From Syntrophaceae bacterium UBA1411 (lineage in GTDB: Bacteria; Desulfobacterota; Syntrophia; Syntrophales; Smithellaceae), in assembly GCA_002304995.1 (NCBI GenBank), contig DBPV01000097.1, forward strand, positions 7,434 to 68,554: a DNA stretch of 61,121 nucleotides. Direction: 5' to 3'. The stretch's first letter is position 1. Each line of letters begins with the position of its first letter. Made by a program: the position numbers and the translations under genes. Positions 37,353 through 46,260 of this stretch are shown here, in pieces. The notes beneath the pieces are model-generated. The model did not search any database and had not been told where the DNA came from. It saw only the letters and a list, made by a program, of their open reading frames with translations.

Positions 37353-38195
37353 TTAATACGGACAGGTGCTCAGATATGTGTCGAACCGTGAACTGGTCGC
37401 GTAAGCCGTATGCTCGGCGCCGCACAGAAACGGCGTGTAGCGGGTGTCGCCGTCAACGAAGCGTTTGGCGAAGGCCACACCGTAGCGGCCGATGCGCTGA
37501 TCCGTGCTGTTCGGCGTAAAGTGCGTCGCGCCGTTGAGCAGGGCGTACGCTTTTTCAGGGTAGCTCAGGCTGTTGTAGAAGGGACGCGCATGCGACGCAT
37601 AGGGCGCAATGGTGTCTCCGTCCGCGCCGAAAATCATCTGGGGCACGCGCACCGAGGAGAAACTGGTATAGGTGTTCCACGGCGTCAGCGGAATGCCGGC
37701 GCGCAGCGTCGAATCGTTCGCGGAGGCGATGAGTGTGCCGCCGCCGCCCATTGAATGCCCCGCCACGGCTCGGTCAGCGGTGCGGATGCGGGCCCGGATG
37801 GTGCTGCTCGACGAGTTGAGCAGATAGCGCAGCGCCGCGGCGAGCTGCGTGGCGCGGCTTGACGGATAATCGTAGATGGTGTTCGTGTTCATGGCGATAG
37901 TCACAAATCCGTGCGTGGCCAGCCTCCGGGCAAACCAGGAAATCGAGGAGCTTGTTCCGGTAAAGCCGGGGCACACCGCAACGGCCGCATACTGTCCGGA
38001 CGTGGTCGGATAGTAGATCGTTCCGCCGCCGAACCCCGTCACCAGACTGGAGACACTGTCCGTCGACACGGCAAAAGGCCCGTCGCCGTTGAGCAGTGTC
38101 GATGTCGGCGCAGGACCGATCTCCACCGCATAAGTCATACTTACGGCCAACAGCACAGTAAAGATCGCAGACAACAACATTTTCCAAACTTTCAT
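37353..38195 (-). CDS. Secreted cutinase/PET-hydrolase-like alpha/beta hydrolase (LCC/Thermobifida type I family)
   Basis: Start ATG 38195 after GGGAGG; signal peptide; GFGGGTIYYP, PGF, LATHGFV, DYPSSRATQL, GHSMGGGG (Ser), PLTPW, GADGDTIAP (Asp), ATHFTPN (His), DGDTRYTPFLC...TCPY (disulfide). Confidence 0.93.
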   Translation of the reverse strand: MKVWKMLLSAIFTVLLAVSMTYAVEIGPAPTSTLLNGDGPFAVSTDSVSSLVTGFGGGTIYYPTTSGQYAAVAVCPGFTGTSSSISWFARRLATHGFVTIAMNTNTIYDYPSSRATQLAAALRYLLNSSSSTIRARIRTADRAVAGHSMGGGGTLIASANDSTLRAGIPLTPWNTYTSFSSVRVPQMIFGADGDTIAPYASHARPFYNSLSYPEKAYALLNGATHFTPNSTDQRIGRYGVAFAKRFVDGDTRYTPFLCGAEHTAYATSSRFDTYLSTCPY

Positions 38196-38476
38196 AAAGA
38201 ACCTCCCCCCCTTTTTTGATCGTTCTGTAAAAGTTGCTTCATAATGGCCGCCGCCCTCTATGGAGGCGGGCGGCGGCCAACACCGCGCGGACACGCATTT
38301 TAGTCGCCGTTTTCCTGGACCCATCCGTCGTCACGATGAACAAATCCACAGAAAGCTTTATGGAACCATCCCCCCCCGTGAATGCGTGATTCCTGCCGGG
38401 CAGGCAGTTATAAAAATAGACCGCCACCGGAAACAAAAGGATACGATGATCATAAAATGTGAATTTGCATTATGTA

Positions 38477-38492
38477 AGCAGGACGCATGCCA
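38477..38492 (-). promoter_or_regulatory. sigma54 (-24/-12) promoter facing the hydrolase-chaperone genes
   Basis: - strand TGGCATGCGTCCTGCT (GG-N10-GC spacing); divergent from a sigma54 activator gene. Confidence 0.75.
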
Positions 38493-38578
38493 ATGTCGCT
38501 AAATTAAATATAAGCAATCGGATTTGTTGATAAAATATTAAAGATTGCATCCGGGTAAAGTTTTTTGGTGGATAAATA

Positions 38579-38638
38579 GTTTCAAATATGTTTCACTCGA
38601 CTCACCTCAGAACTGCCATAATGATACTTATTTGATAC
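38579..38638. promoter_or_regulatory. Candidate enhancer (UAS) half-sites for the adjacent sigma54 activator
   Basis: GTTTCA at 38579 and 38590, TGATAC at 38622 and 38633 (each pair 11 bp apart), about 90-145 bp upstream of the -24 element. Confidence 0.45.
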
Positions 38639-38675
38639 TGCGGCACGGCCGGGAAACAAATAAGGAAGGTCAGAT

Positions 38676-40835
38676 ATGGAGAATCTGAATACCGACACCA
38701 TCACCAAGGAAAAGTCCAAAGCAGACGACGCGCGTCCGGGTCATCAGGGAAGCGATTCCCCGCTGGACTTTTACAAAATGTTCAACGGCGAAGTCGATCT
38801 GGAAAAGGGCGTTACTCCCCAGGAGGTCCTGCGGGCGTGGCTGGCATTCAAGGAGCTCACGCTTGGCGAGTGGAATGCGTTTGTCAGCGGCGCGGAAAAA
38901 ATCGACACGTCCGTTGTTCCGCCGCTGATTTTTAAAAGCTGGCAGCGCAGCCGGGAATACGGCATCAATCCCCGCGGAGCACTGAACAATGAGATTCTGG
39001 CGGGCCGGGCCCTTGAGGAGCTGTTTCAAAACAACCGGCTGCTCATCGATATCAGTCAGCCTTTCCTGGACAGGCTTTACAAATCCATGACGACCAGCAG
39101 TTTCACCGTGTCGCTCTCCGACAAAAACGGCTACATTCTGAAGGTCATGCAGGATGAAAAGTACGTGGACCTCCACCGGCAGTTCAACTGGCGCCCCGGC
39201 GCGCTTTGGACGGAGGAATGCTGCGGCACCAACACCATCGGGACTCTGCTGAAGCAGAAAAAGCCGCTGCAGATCATCGGCGCCCAGCATTACAAGCAGA
39301 TCTTCCATTTTCTGGCCACGTCGAGCGCGCCGATTATCGATCCGGAAGGCGAGGTCATCGGCGGCATCAGCATCATTTCTCTTTTATTCGGCGCGCACCC
39401 GCACACGCTGGGCATGGCCATCGCCGCCGTACACGCCATTGAAAACGAGCTGAGACTCCGCAAAGCGCTGGACCGCCTGCAGAGCGCCTTTTCCGAAACG
39501 GACATTGCCTACAGCCTGCAAAAGGCGATCATCGCCTCCATTCCCGAAGCGTTGATCGCCGTCAACACCGCGGGAAAAATCACCGCCGTCAACGCGCGCG
39601 CGCAAAAGCTGTTCGGGCTGGAAAACAGCGCCGTCGCGGGTGAGCCTCTGGAAGCCGTCTTTCCCGAAGAAGCCAACCGGCGCTTCTGGAATTTGATCAA
39701 CCGTCGGGATCCGCTGACGGACAGAGAGGTTCGCCTTTATTCTTCCAGGGGATCCGGCGACTTTACGCTGACGTGCAGCAGCATTTATTCGTCGGGCGGA
39801 ACGGCCGCGGGCAGGATACTCCTTTTTTCGGAAATCCAGAGAATCAAATCCCTGGTGAACAAATTTGCCGGCGCCAAGGCCAACCTGAAATTTTCCGATA
39901 TTCACGGCCGCAACGAGCAGCTGCGACGGATCATTGACGAAGCCCATGTGATTTCCAAAAGTGCGTCCAACGTGCTTCTGCTGGGCGAAAGCGGCACGGG
40001 CAAAGACATTCTGGCCCAGGCCATTCACAACGCCAGCCCGCGCCGGGACGGCCCGTATGTGGCCATCAACTGCGCGGCGATCCCCCGCGATCTGATGGCG
40101 AGCGAACTGTTCGGCTACGCCGAAGGGGCGTTCACGGGCTCGCGTCGCGGCGGCAGCCAGGGGAAATTTGAAATGGCCGACGGCGGCACGATTTTTCTGG
40201 ACGAAATCGCCGAAATTCCGCTGGACATCCAGGCGGTGCTCTTGCGCGTGATTGAAGACAAGTGCGTGCTGCGCATCGGTTCCAACCAGATCCGGACGGT
40301 CGATGTGCGGATTGTCTGCGCGACAAACAAAAACCTGATTGAGGAGGTGAACCGGGGAAGCTTTCGCAGGGACCTCTATTACCGCCTGAATGTTTTCAAC
40401 ATCCATCTGCCGCCGCTGCGCGAAAGGAAGGACGACATTCCGCTGCTCGCGGAAGCGTTTGTGAAAAAATGCGCCTGTGCCCTGGGCAAGACCATCGCCG
40501 GCGTCGATGATAAGGTGCTGGAGTTTTTTGTGCATTATTCCTGGCCCGGCAACGTGCGGGAGCTGCAGAATGTCGTGGAGCGCATGGTGAATTACGCCGC
40601 TTCGGACCGCCTGACGTTCGATCTGGTTCCACGGGAAATTGCCGGCATCGACCGGTCAAAATCCACGTCCTTCGATCTGGTGGCGCCCGATGAAACGGAG
40701 AAGAATCTCATCGGCCGGATGCTGGCTTTGAAATTCAGCAAAGTCCAGATCGCCCGCAAACTCAACATCTCCCGGGCGACGCTTTTTCGCAAATTGAAAA
40801 AGCACGGCTTGGCCGGAAAACCGTCCGGCGATTAG
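38676..40835 (+). CDS. sigma54-dependent enhancer-binding protein (GAF-PAS-AAA+-Fis HTH, AcoR-like)
   Basis: IFKSWQRS GAF, GTNTIG, GESGTGKD, ELFGYAEGAFTGS, FLDEI, FRRDLYYRLN, WPGNVRELQN, C-terminal ISRATLFRKLKK. Confidence 0.95.
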   Translation: MENLNTDTITKEKSKADDARPGHQGSDSPLDFYKMFNGEVDLEKGVTPQEVLRAWLAFKELTLGEWNAFVSGAEKIDTSVVPPLIFKSWQRSREYGINPRGALNNEILAGRALEELFQNNRLLIDISQPFLDRLYKSMTTSSFTVSLSDKNGYILKVMQDEKYVDLHRQFNWRPGALWTEECCGTNTIGTLLKQKKPLQIIGAQHYKQIFHFLATSSAPIIDPEGEVIGGISIISLLFGAHPHTLGMAIAAVHAIENELRLRKALDRLQSAFSETDIAYSLQKAIIASIPEALIAVNTAGKITAVNARAQKLFGLENSAVAGEPLEAVFPEEANRRFWNLINRRDPLTDREVRLYSSRGSGDFTLTCSSIYSSGGTAAGRILLFSEIQRIKSLVNKFAGAKANLKFSDIHGRNEQLRRIIDEAHVISKSASNVLLLGESGTGKDILAQAIHNASPRRDGPYVAINCAAIPRDLMASELFGYAEGAFTGSRRGGSQGKFEMADGGTIFLDEIAEIPLDIQAVLLRVIEDKCVLRIGSNQIRTVDVRIVCATNKNLIEEVNRGSFRRDLYYRLNVFNIHLPPLRERKDDIPLLAEAFVKKCACALGKTIAGVDDKVLEFFVHYSWPGNVRELQNVVERMVNYAASDRLTFDLVPREIAGIDRSKSTSFDLVAPDETEKNLIGRMLALKFSKVQIARKLNISRATLFRKLKKHGLAGKPSGD

Positions 40836-40976
40836 CCAGGCGCCCCAACGCCACGGCCGCCGGCGGCGCAATACGCCGGGTGCCCGCATGAGCCGCTTTG
40901 CCGGATTGCACAGCGGCAGCCGGAATCCTTTGGGCGGGATGATCGTTCGGCCGGCGCCCGGAAAGCGGTGCAATGT

Positions 40977-41918
40977 CTATCGTTTGTTTTTTCTTCGGAG
41001 GTATTGGTTCATTTGCGGCGGATCAAGCTCGATCCAGTCCACCTTTTGAAGCAGCGTCCATTCGGCGTCCGTGTAGCCGCGGTCCTTATTGTAGGTAAAG
41101 ACGCCGACAAACTTCACCTTGCGGGATTTTTTCCAGTATTCCGCAAGGTCGGGATTCGCAAAGAAAATGTCGTCCTGGATCAGAATGAAGTCGAGCGGGT
41201 GTTCCTTTTTGCCCAGAAAGCCCAGGAAAAAAGTAAATTTGCTGATTGGGGTAATGTCGACGGATGAATAGTGATGGCTGAGAAAGCGGAGGCCCCAGTG
41301 GTCGTTGAAGACCAGCCCCCCCACCATGCACTCCGGGCAGACGGCCTTGAGCGGATCAATATTATTGGCGAAAAAGGATGACGCGAACACGTGATCCTGA
41401 AATCCGTAGGTTTTGATCATTTCGCCCACCCACCGCGCAAAGGCTTCGACATGTTTGCCTTCTTCTTTCATGTCCAGGGAAACCATCGGGACAATTCCCT
41501 GTGCTTTTTTCTCCTGAATAAGTTCAAACAATTCCACAACCGTCAGAAAGGGCTGCGGCGGCAGATTGGGATTGGCGGCGTTGGGCGGAATTTTGGCATA
41601 GCTGTCGTATTTTTCGCTGAAAGCGCCGGGAAGTCCCGTGGCGCGTTTCATCAGATAGTCGTGTGAAACCAGACCGATCCGGTTTCCATTGGCGTCGACG
41701 AAATCGATGATGTCCAGTTCGATATTGGGATTGCCGGATTCCAGCGCTTTGGAAAGAGCCGCTTTTGAGTTTTCCTGGGCGAAGGACGCATCGCCGCGGT
41801 GCCAGCCGGCTGCCGGGAAGTTGAAAGCCGTGCCTTCTCCGCAGAGAAAAATAAAGAACGAAACCGTCAAGACGAGCGCCATCCCGGCTTTTCCTGTCCA
41901 TTTGCTGAAAGTCTTCAT
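40977..41918 (-). CDS. Glycerophosphodiester phosphodiesterase-like secreted protein
   Basis: Signal-like N-terminus; HRG...QENS...IELDI...HD, LDMKE, FASSF, typical of GDPD. Start re-set to 41918. Confidence 0.7.
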   Translation of the reverse strand: MKTFSKWTGKAGMALVLTVSFFIFLCGEGTAFNFPAAGWHRGDASFAQENSKAALSKALESGNPNIELDIIDFVDANGNRIGLVSHDYLMKRATGLPGAFSEKYDSYAKIPPNAANPNLPPQPFLTVVELFELIQEKKAQGIVPMVSLDMKEEGKHVEAFARWVGEMIKTYGFQDHVFASSFFANNIDPLKAVCPECMVGGLVFNDHWGLRFLSHHYSSVDITPISKFTFFLGFLGKKEHPLDFILIQDDIFFANPDLAEYWKKSRKVKFVGVFTYNKDRGYTDAEWTLLQKVDWIELDPPQMNQYLRRKNKR

Positions 41919-42136
41919 GAGTCGCCTCCGCCGCTTTATTTGTTTTGATGAGATGCCTGCCGAAAAAAATTCAGTTCTTTTCACACGGCATGGTGATGCA
42001 TGGAAATGGATATTTGTTGAAGGAAGTGATTAAAACAGTATCCGAAAAGAGTCAATGGAAATGTAACCGGAAGAAAGATTTTACTCCATCTCCCACCGAT
42101 CCTTTTTTATTTTTGCGGCTGCTTTTCATTCGGGAG

Positions 42137-42164
42137 AAAAAAAAGAGGAACCGTGCGGTTCCTC
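42137..42164 (-). terminator. Rho-independent terminator of the beta-oxidation operon
   Basis: GAGGAACC-GTGC-GGTTCCTC stem with an A8 tract on + (T8 on -), 27 nt past the acyl-CoA dehydrogenase stop. Confidence 0.8.
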
Positions 42165-42191
42165 CTTTTCCGGTGAAATTTTAAATGTCGC

Positions 42192-44030
42192 TTAGACGGC
42201 AAAGGCGTCTTCAGCGATGTTCATGGCGCTCTGTTCGTCCTTCTTGATCGAGTCCAGCTTGGCCGGGACCAGCGCGGTGATGCGGTTGATAAAGAATTTC
42301 GCCCCCTGGATTTTGCCGTTGTAGAACGCTTTGTCCCTGTCGTTTGCGGCATTGGCCAGGCCCTTGGCGGCGGCGTTGGCCATCCAGACATGCAGCCAGC
42401 CCACGAGCGCGTCGGACAGGCAGTTGAGGTAATCGGCGGCGCCGATGAGCGGAACGTAAGGCGTGGTTTTCATCATCTTGGCAAATTCCATGGCCGCTCC
42501 GGCGCAGGCGTTGAGCGCGCCTTCCACAACGGCGGCTTCAGCTGCTAAAGCGTCGGATTTCTTGGCTTCGGCAATCGCCGCCTGGGTGAGCCCCAGAAGG
42601 TTCATGAAATACAATCCCTTCTTCATTCCGAGTTTGCGTCCCAGGAGATCCATGGCCTGAATGCCGTTGGTGCCTTCGTAAATCAGGTTGATCTTCTGGT
42701 CGCGCATCATCTGTTCGACCGGATATTCGCGGCAGAAGCCGTAGCCGCCGTAGGTCTGCACGGCCAGCTGGCAGACGTCCATCCCCATTTCCGTGCAGTA
42801 GGATTTGACCATCGGGGTGAGCATCTCGATCATGCCGTGCCAGTATTCCTTGTCCTGCTCATTGTTTTCGGCATGGGCATTCATTTCCTTGTCCATGGCA
42901 TAGTAGCAAAGGAAGGCCAGCGCGCGGATGCCTTCCGTGACGGACTTCTGCCGAAGCAGCATGCGGCGGACGTCCGGATGCTGGATGATGGGAACCTGGG
43001 GCGCTTTTTCGTCCTTCATGGCTACGGAGATGATGTTCTGGCCCTGGAGGCGCTGCTTGGCGTAGTCGAGCGCGTGCAGGTAAGCCGCCATCGCGAGCGA
43101 AACGCCCATCATGCCGACGCCCTGGCGTTCTTCGTTCATCATCTGGAACATGATTTTCATGCCGGCGCGCTCTTCACCCATGAGGTAGCCGATGCATTTG
43201 CCGTTTTCGCCGAAGTTGAGCGTGCAGGTGGCGTTGCCGTGGATGCCCATTTTGCTTTCGATGCCGCCGCAGTTGACGTCGTTGGGTTCGCCCAGTTCGC
43301 CTTTCTCGTTGATGCGGATTTTGGGCACGACAAAAATGGAAATGCCCTTGGTGCCGGAAGGATCGCCTTCAATGCGGGCCAGCACCGGATGGATGATGTT
43401 TTCGGCCAGGTCATGGTCGCCGGCGGAAATGAAGCACTTGGTGCCGGTGATGGAGTAGGTTCCGTCCGCATTCCTTTTGGCGGTCGTCTTCAGCGCGCCC
43501 ACGTCGGAGCCGGCGCTGGGTTCGGTGAGGCACATCGTGCCGCCCCACACGCCCGTGTACATCTTTTCGAGAATAACCTGGCGCAGAGGATGCTGGAAGA
43601 AGTCTTCCACCAGACGCGCCGCGCCGTGGGTCAGTCCCGCGTACATCAAAAAGGCCTGGTTGGTGGCCAGGAACATGTGGTAGCAGGACGCCCCGATGAT
43701 CTGCGGGAAGACCTGTCCCCCGACTTCGGCCGAATCGGATACGGACATCCAGCCGCCCTCGTTATAGAGTTTCCAGAGACGATGATAGGCTTCCGGCGCA
43801 AAGACTTTGCCGTCCTTGAACACCGCTTCAACGGGTTTGCGATGAACTTCATCCGGATAGGTGGGGGCGATGTCGTTCTCGGCGAATTTCTGCGCCTGAT
43901 CGAGCACCATGTTGCACATATCGGCGTCATGATCGGCATAGCGGCCCTTGCCCAGAATCGTTTCTCCGATATTGAAAACCTCATACAGCTGAAATTTGAT
44001 ATCTCTTTCATCAATCCACAAACTAGCCAT
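42192..44030 (-). CDS. Acyl-CoA dehydrogenase (long form, FadE5-like)
   Basis: GTMCLTEPSAGSDVG, ITGTKCFIS, KGISIFVVPK, KMGIHGNATC, QMMNEER, GGYGFCREYPVEQ, IYEGTNGIQAMDL. Confidence 0.95.
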   Translation of the reverse strand: MASLWIDERDIKFQLYEVFNIGETILGKGRYADHDADMCNMVLDQAQKFAENDIAPTYPDEVHRKPVEAVFKDGKVFAPEAYHRLWKLYNEGGWMSVSDSAEVGGQVFPQIIGASCYHMFLATNQAFLMYAGLTHGAARLVEDFFQHPLRQVILEKMYTGVWGGTMCLTEPSAGSDVGALKTTAKRNADGTYSITGTKCFISAGDHDLAENIIHPVLARIEGDPSGTKGISIFVVPKIRINEKGELGEPNDVNCGGIESKMGIHGNATCTLNFGENGKCIGYLMGEERAGMKIMFQMMNEERQGVGMMGVSLAMAAYLHALDYAKQRLQGQNIISVAMKDEKAPQVPIIQHPDVRRMLLRQKSVTEGIRALAFLCYYAMDKEMNAHAENNEQDKEYWHGMIEMLTPMVKSYCTEMGMDVCQLAVQTYGGYGFCREYPVEQMMRDQKINLIYEGTNGIQAMDLLGRKLGMKKGLYFMNLLGLTQAAIAEAKKSDALAAEAAVVEGALNACAGAAMEFAKMMKTTPYVPLIGAADYLNCLSDALVGWLHVWMANAAAKGLANAANDRDKAFYNGKIQGAKFFINRITALVPAKLDSIKKDEQSAMNIAEDAFAV

Positions 44031-44061
44031 AGAAACATCCTCCTTCCATTGTTAATAAGAA

Positions 44062-44109
44062 GTAGAGAACGGTCTTGTGACCTTCAGGTCATCACAAGCC
44101 GTTCCCTAC
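44062..44109. repeat. GTAG-type REP-like palindrome (REPIN-like doublet)
   Basis: GTAGAGAACGG-TCTTGTGA-CCTTCAGGTCA-TCACAAG-CCGTTCCCTAC: long inverted repeat starting GTAG and ending CTAC, intergenic. Confidence 0.55.
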
Positions 44110-44166
44110 AGAGTTATAATGTCACGGGTAATCTCAATGTGAACTGATTTCACTCATGACAGCATG

Positions 44167-46248
44167 CTATTTTTCTATTGCCAGAAATCCGTTCGGGTGG
44201 AAGTCGCTCCCCGTCACCTTTTTCGAAATGCCTTTCTGGTCCAGGAAGGGAGTAATCCCGCCCATGAACAACGGCCAGCCGGCGCCCATGATGACGCCGG
44301 TGTCAATATCTTTCGGACTTGCCACGACGCCTTCCTTGAGGATGATGTCGACTTCCACGGCGATGCGTTCCAGCACGCGCTGCCGTATTTCGTCGTCGGT
44401 GAATTTCTTGTTGCCCTGCGGCCAGCCCGCCAGAATTTCGGGATCGACGGCGACGCCCTTGTCCGTCAGGATCAGGATGGCTTTCTTTCCCTTGGCCACC
44501 AGATTCTTGAGGCCCTCATTCACCTTAAACCGGTCCGGCCACGCTTTGTTCAGGGTTTCGAGCACGTGCAGGGAGATGGCGGGCCCGACGAGCGCGGTCA
44601 GGGTGAAAGGCGACATGGGGAAGCCCATCTCGTGAATGGCCATGTCCGTCTGCAGGAAATCGGCCCCTTCGTCGAGCACGCGGAAGATGCCGTCCGACAT
44701 GGCCGTCAGAACGCGGTTCACGAGGAAGCCGGGGGCGTTTGCCACCAGGACCGGCGTCTTCTTGATCTTTTTGGCAATGTCGAAAGCCGTGGCCAGGACG
44801 ACATCGCTGGTCTTGTCCGTTTTAATGATCTCAACCAGCGGCATCATCGCGATGGGATTAAAGAAGTGGAACCCGACCACGCGGGACGGATCTTTCAGGA
44901 ATTTGCCCATCTCGGCGACATCGAGAGACGAGGTGTTGGTCAGGAACATGCATTCGGGTTTGCAGGCAGCTTCCAGATCCCCGAAGACCTTTTGTTTTAC
45001 GGACATCTCTTCGAAAACCGCCTCGATGACGAAGTCGCAATCCTTGAATTCATCATAGGATATCGTTCCGGTGATGAGTTCTTCGCCCATCCACTTGGCT
45101 TCGGCCTCGGAAAGTTTACCTTTCTTCGCCGTCTTCGCCAGCTGATCCCGGACGTAGGCCAGACCTTTGTCCACAAATTCCTGCTTGATGTCCTTCATGA
45201 TCACCGGGCACTGGTAGCGCTGGGCAAACAAAAGCGCCATCTGGGAGGCCATGAGGCCGGCGCCGATGACGCCGATCTTGGCGATCTTGTTGCCTTTGAC
45301 TTCTTTGGGCGGCCGGCCGGGAAGCTTCTTGGCGCGGCGCTGGGTGAGGTCAAACGAGTAAATGCCGCACTTGAACTGATCGGAGGTGATCATGTCGGCC
45401 AGCGCTTCATTCTCTTTCTGGAATCCTTCATCGAGCGACCAAACGCCCGCTCCCTTGATAAGTTCCAGCGCGCGGTAGGGTGCTAATGCGCCCGAATGAA
45501 CCCTGCCGACAATCATTGCTTTGGTCTTGTTGTAGAGCTCGTCGCTCATCTTTGGATCGACCGCCTTGCGCTCGATCTTTTCTTCGCCGGTGATGATGCG
45601 TTCCAGCAACGCCAGGGATTCGTCCACAAACTCCGCCGGTGCGATCAGTCTGTCCGCCAGACCCATTTCAAAGGCCTTTACGGAATTGATCATTTTGTTC
45701 ATGTTGAGCGGATTGGAGATGACGAGTTCGATGGCGACCTGCGGTCCGCAAAGTTTGGTGACCAGCTGCGTTCCGCCCCAGCCCGGCACGAGGCCCAGGA
45801 AGCACTCGGGGAGCGCATAATGATCGCATCCGCCCGGGCTTTTGGAGATGGTGCGGTAGTTGTGGTAAAGTCCGACCTCGACGCCGCCGCCCATCGTGGC
45901 GCCATTGTATGCGGCCAGTGTCGGAATCTTGAGCCCCATGATGCGTTTGAAGGTCTGATGCCCCGCGGCGCCGATTTCGAGGGCCGCCTGCTTCGTTGCA
46001 TTCGGATCGGCGCTCATGATGTCGGCGCCGACATTGAAAATGAAAGGCTTGCCGGTCAGGAACCAGCCCTTGACATCCTTATCCTTCTCTACGACGTCGA
46101 TGACTTTATTGAGCGACTCCAGGGCCTCAACGCCCCAGGTATTGGGGATGTTGGGAAACTGCCCGTTGTCCATCGTGACGATCGCTATCTTGCCCGCCTT
46201 CTTTGACTGAAAGAAGTTTAATTTACATTCCGTTATGTATTTAGCCAT
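44167..46248 (-). CDS. fadB: Fatty-acid oxidation multifunctional enzyme (enoyl-CoA hydratase + 3-hydroxyacyl-CoA dehydrogenase)
   Basis: GGGVEVGL and LPECFLGLVPGWGGTQ (two catalytic Glu); VIGAGLMA, IEAVFEE, TNTSSL, GFHFFNP, PGFLVNR. Confidence 0.9.
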   Translation of the reverse strand: MAKYITECKLNFFQSKKAGKIAIVTMDNGQFPNIPNTWGVEALESLNKVIDVVEKDKDVKGWFLTGKPFIFNVGADIMSADPNATKQAALEIGAAGHQTFKRIMGLKIPTLAAYNGATMGGGVEVGLYHNYRTISKSPGGCDHYALPECFLGLVPGWGGTQLVTKLCGPQVAIELVISNPLNMNKMINSVKAFEMGLADRLIAPAEFVDESLALLERIITGEEKIERKAVDPKMSDELYNKTKAMIVGRVHSGALAPYRALELIKGAGVWSLDEGFQKENEALADMITSDQFKCGIYSFDLTQRRAKKLPGRPPKEVKGNKIAKIGVIGAGLMASQMALLFAQRYQCPVIMKDIKQEFVDKGLAYVRDQLAKTAKKGKLSEAEAKWMGEELITGTISYDEFKDCDFVIEAVFEEMSVKQKVFGDLEAACKPECMFLTNTSSLDVAEMGKFLKDPSRVVGFHFFNPIAMMPLVEIIKTDKTSDVVLATAFDIAKKIKKTPVLVANAPGFLVNRVLTAMSDGIFRVLDEGADFLQTDMAIHEMGFPMSPFTLTALVGPAISLHVLETLNKAWPDRFKVNEGLKNLVAKGKKAILILTDKGVAVDPEILAGWPQGNKKFTDDEIRQRVLERIAVEVDIILKEGVVASPKDIDTGVIMGAGWPLFMGGITPFLDQKGISKKVTGSDFHPNGFLAIEK

Positions 46249-46260
46249 AATATGAGCCTC

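Noticed and set aside
38239-38436. 65-aa ORF or c-di-GMP riboswitch in the hydrolase leader
   Set aside because: The ORF has no RBS or homology cue, and the GEMM core could not be found by eye.
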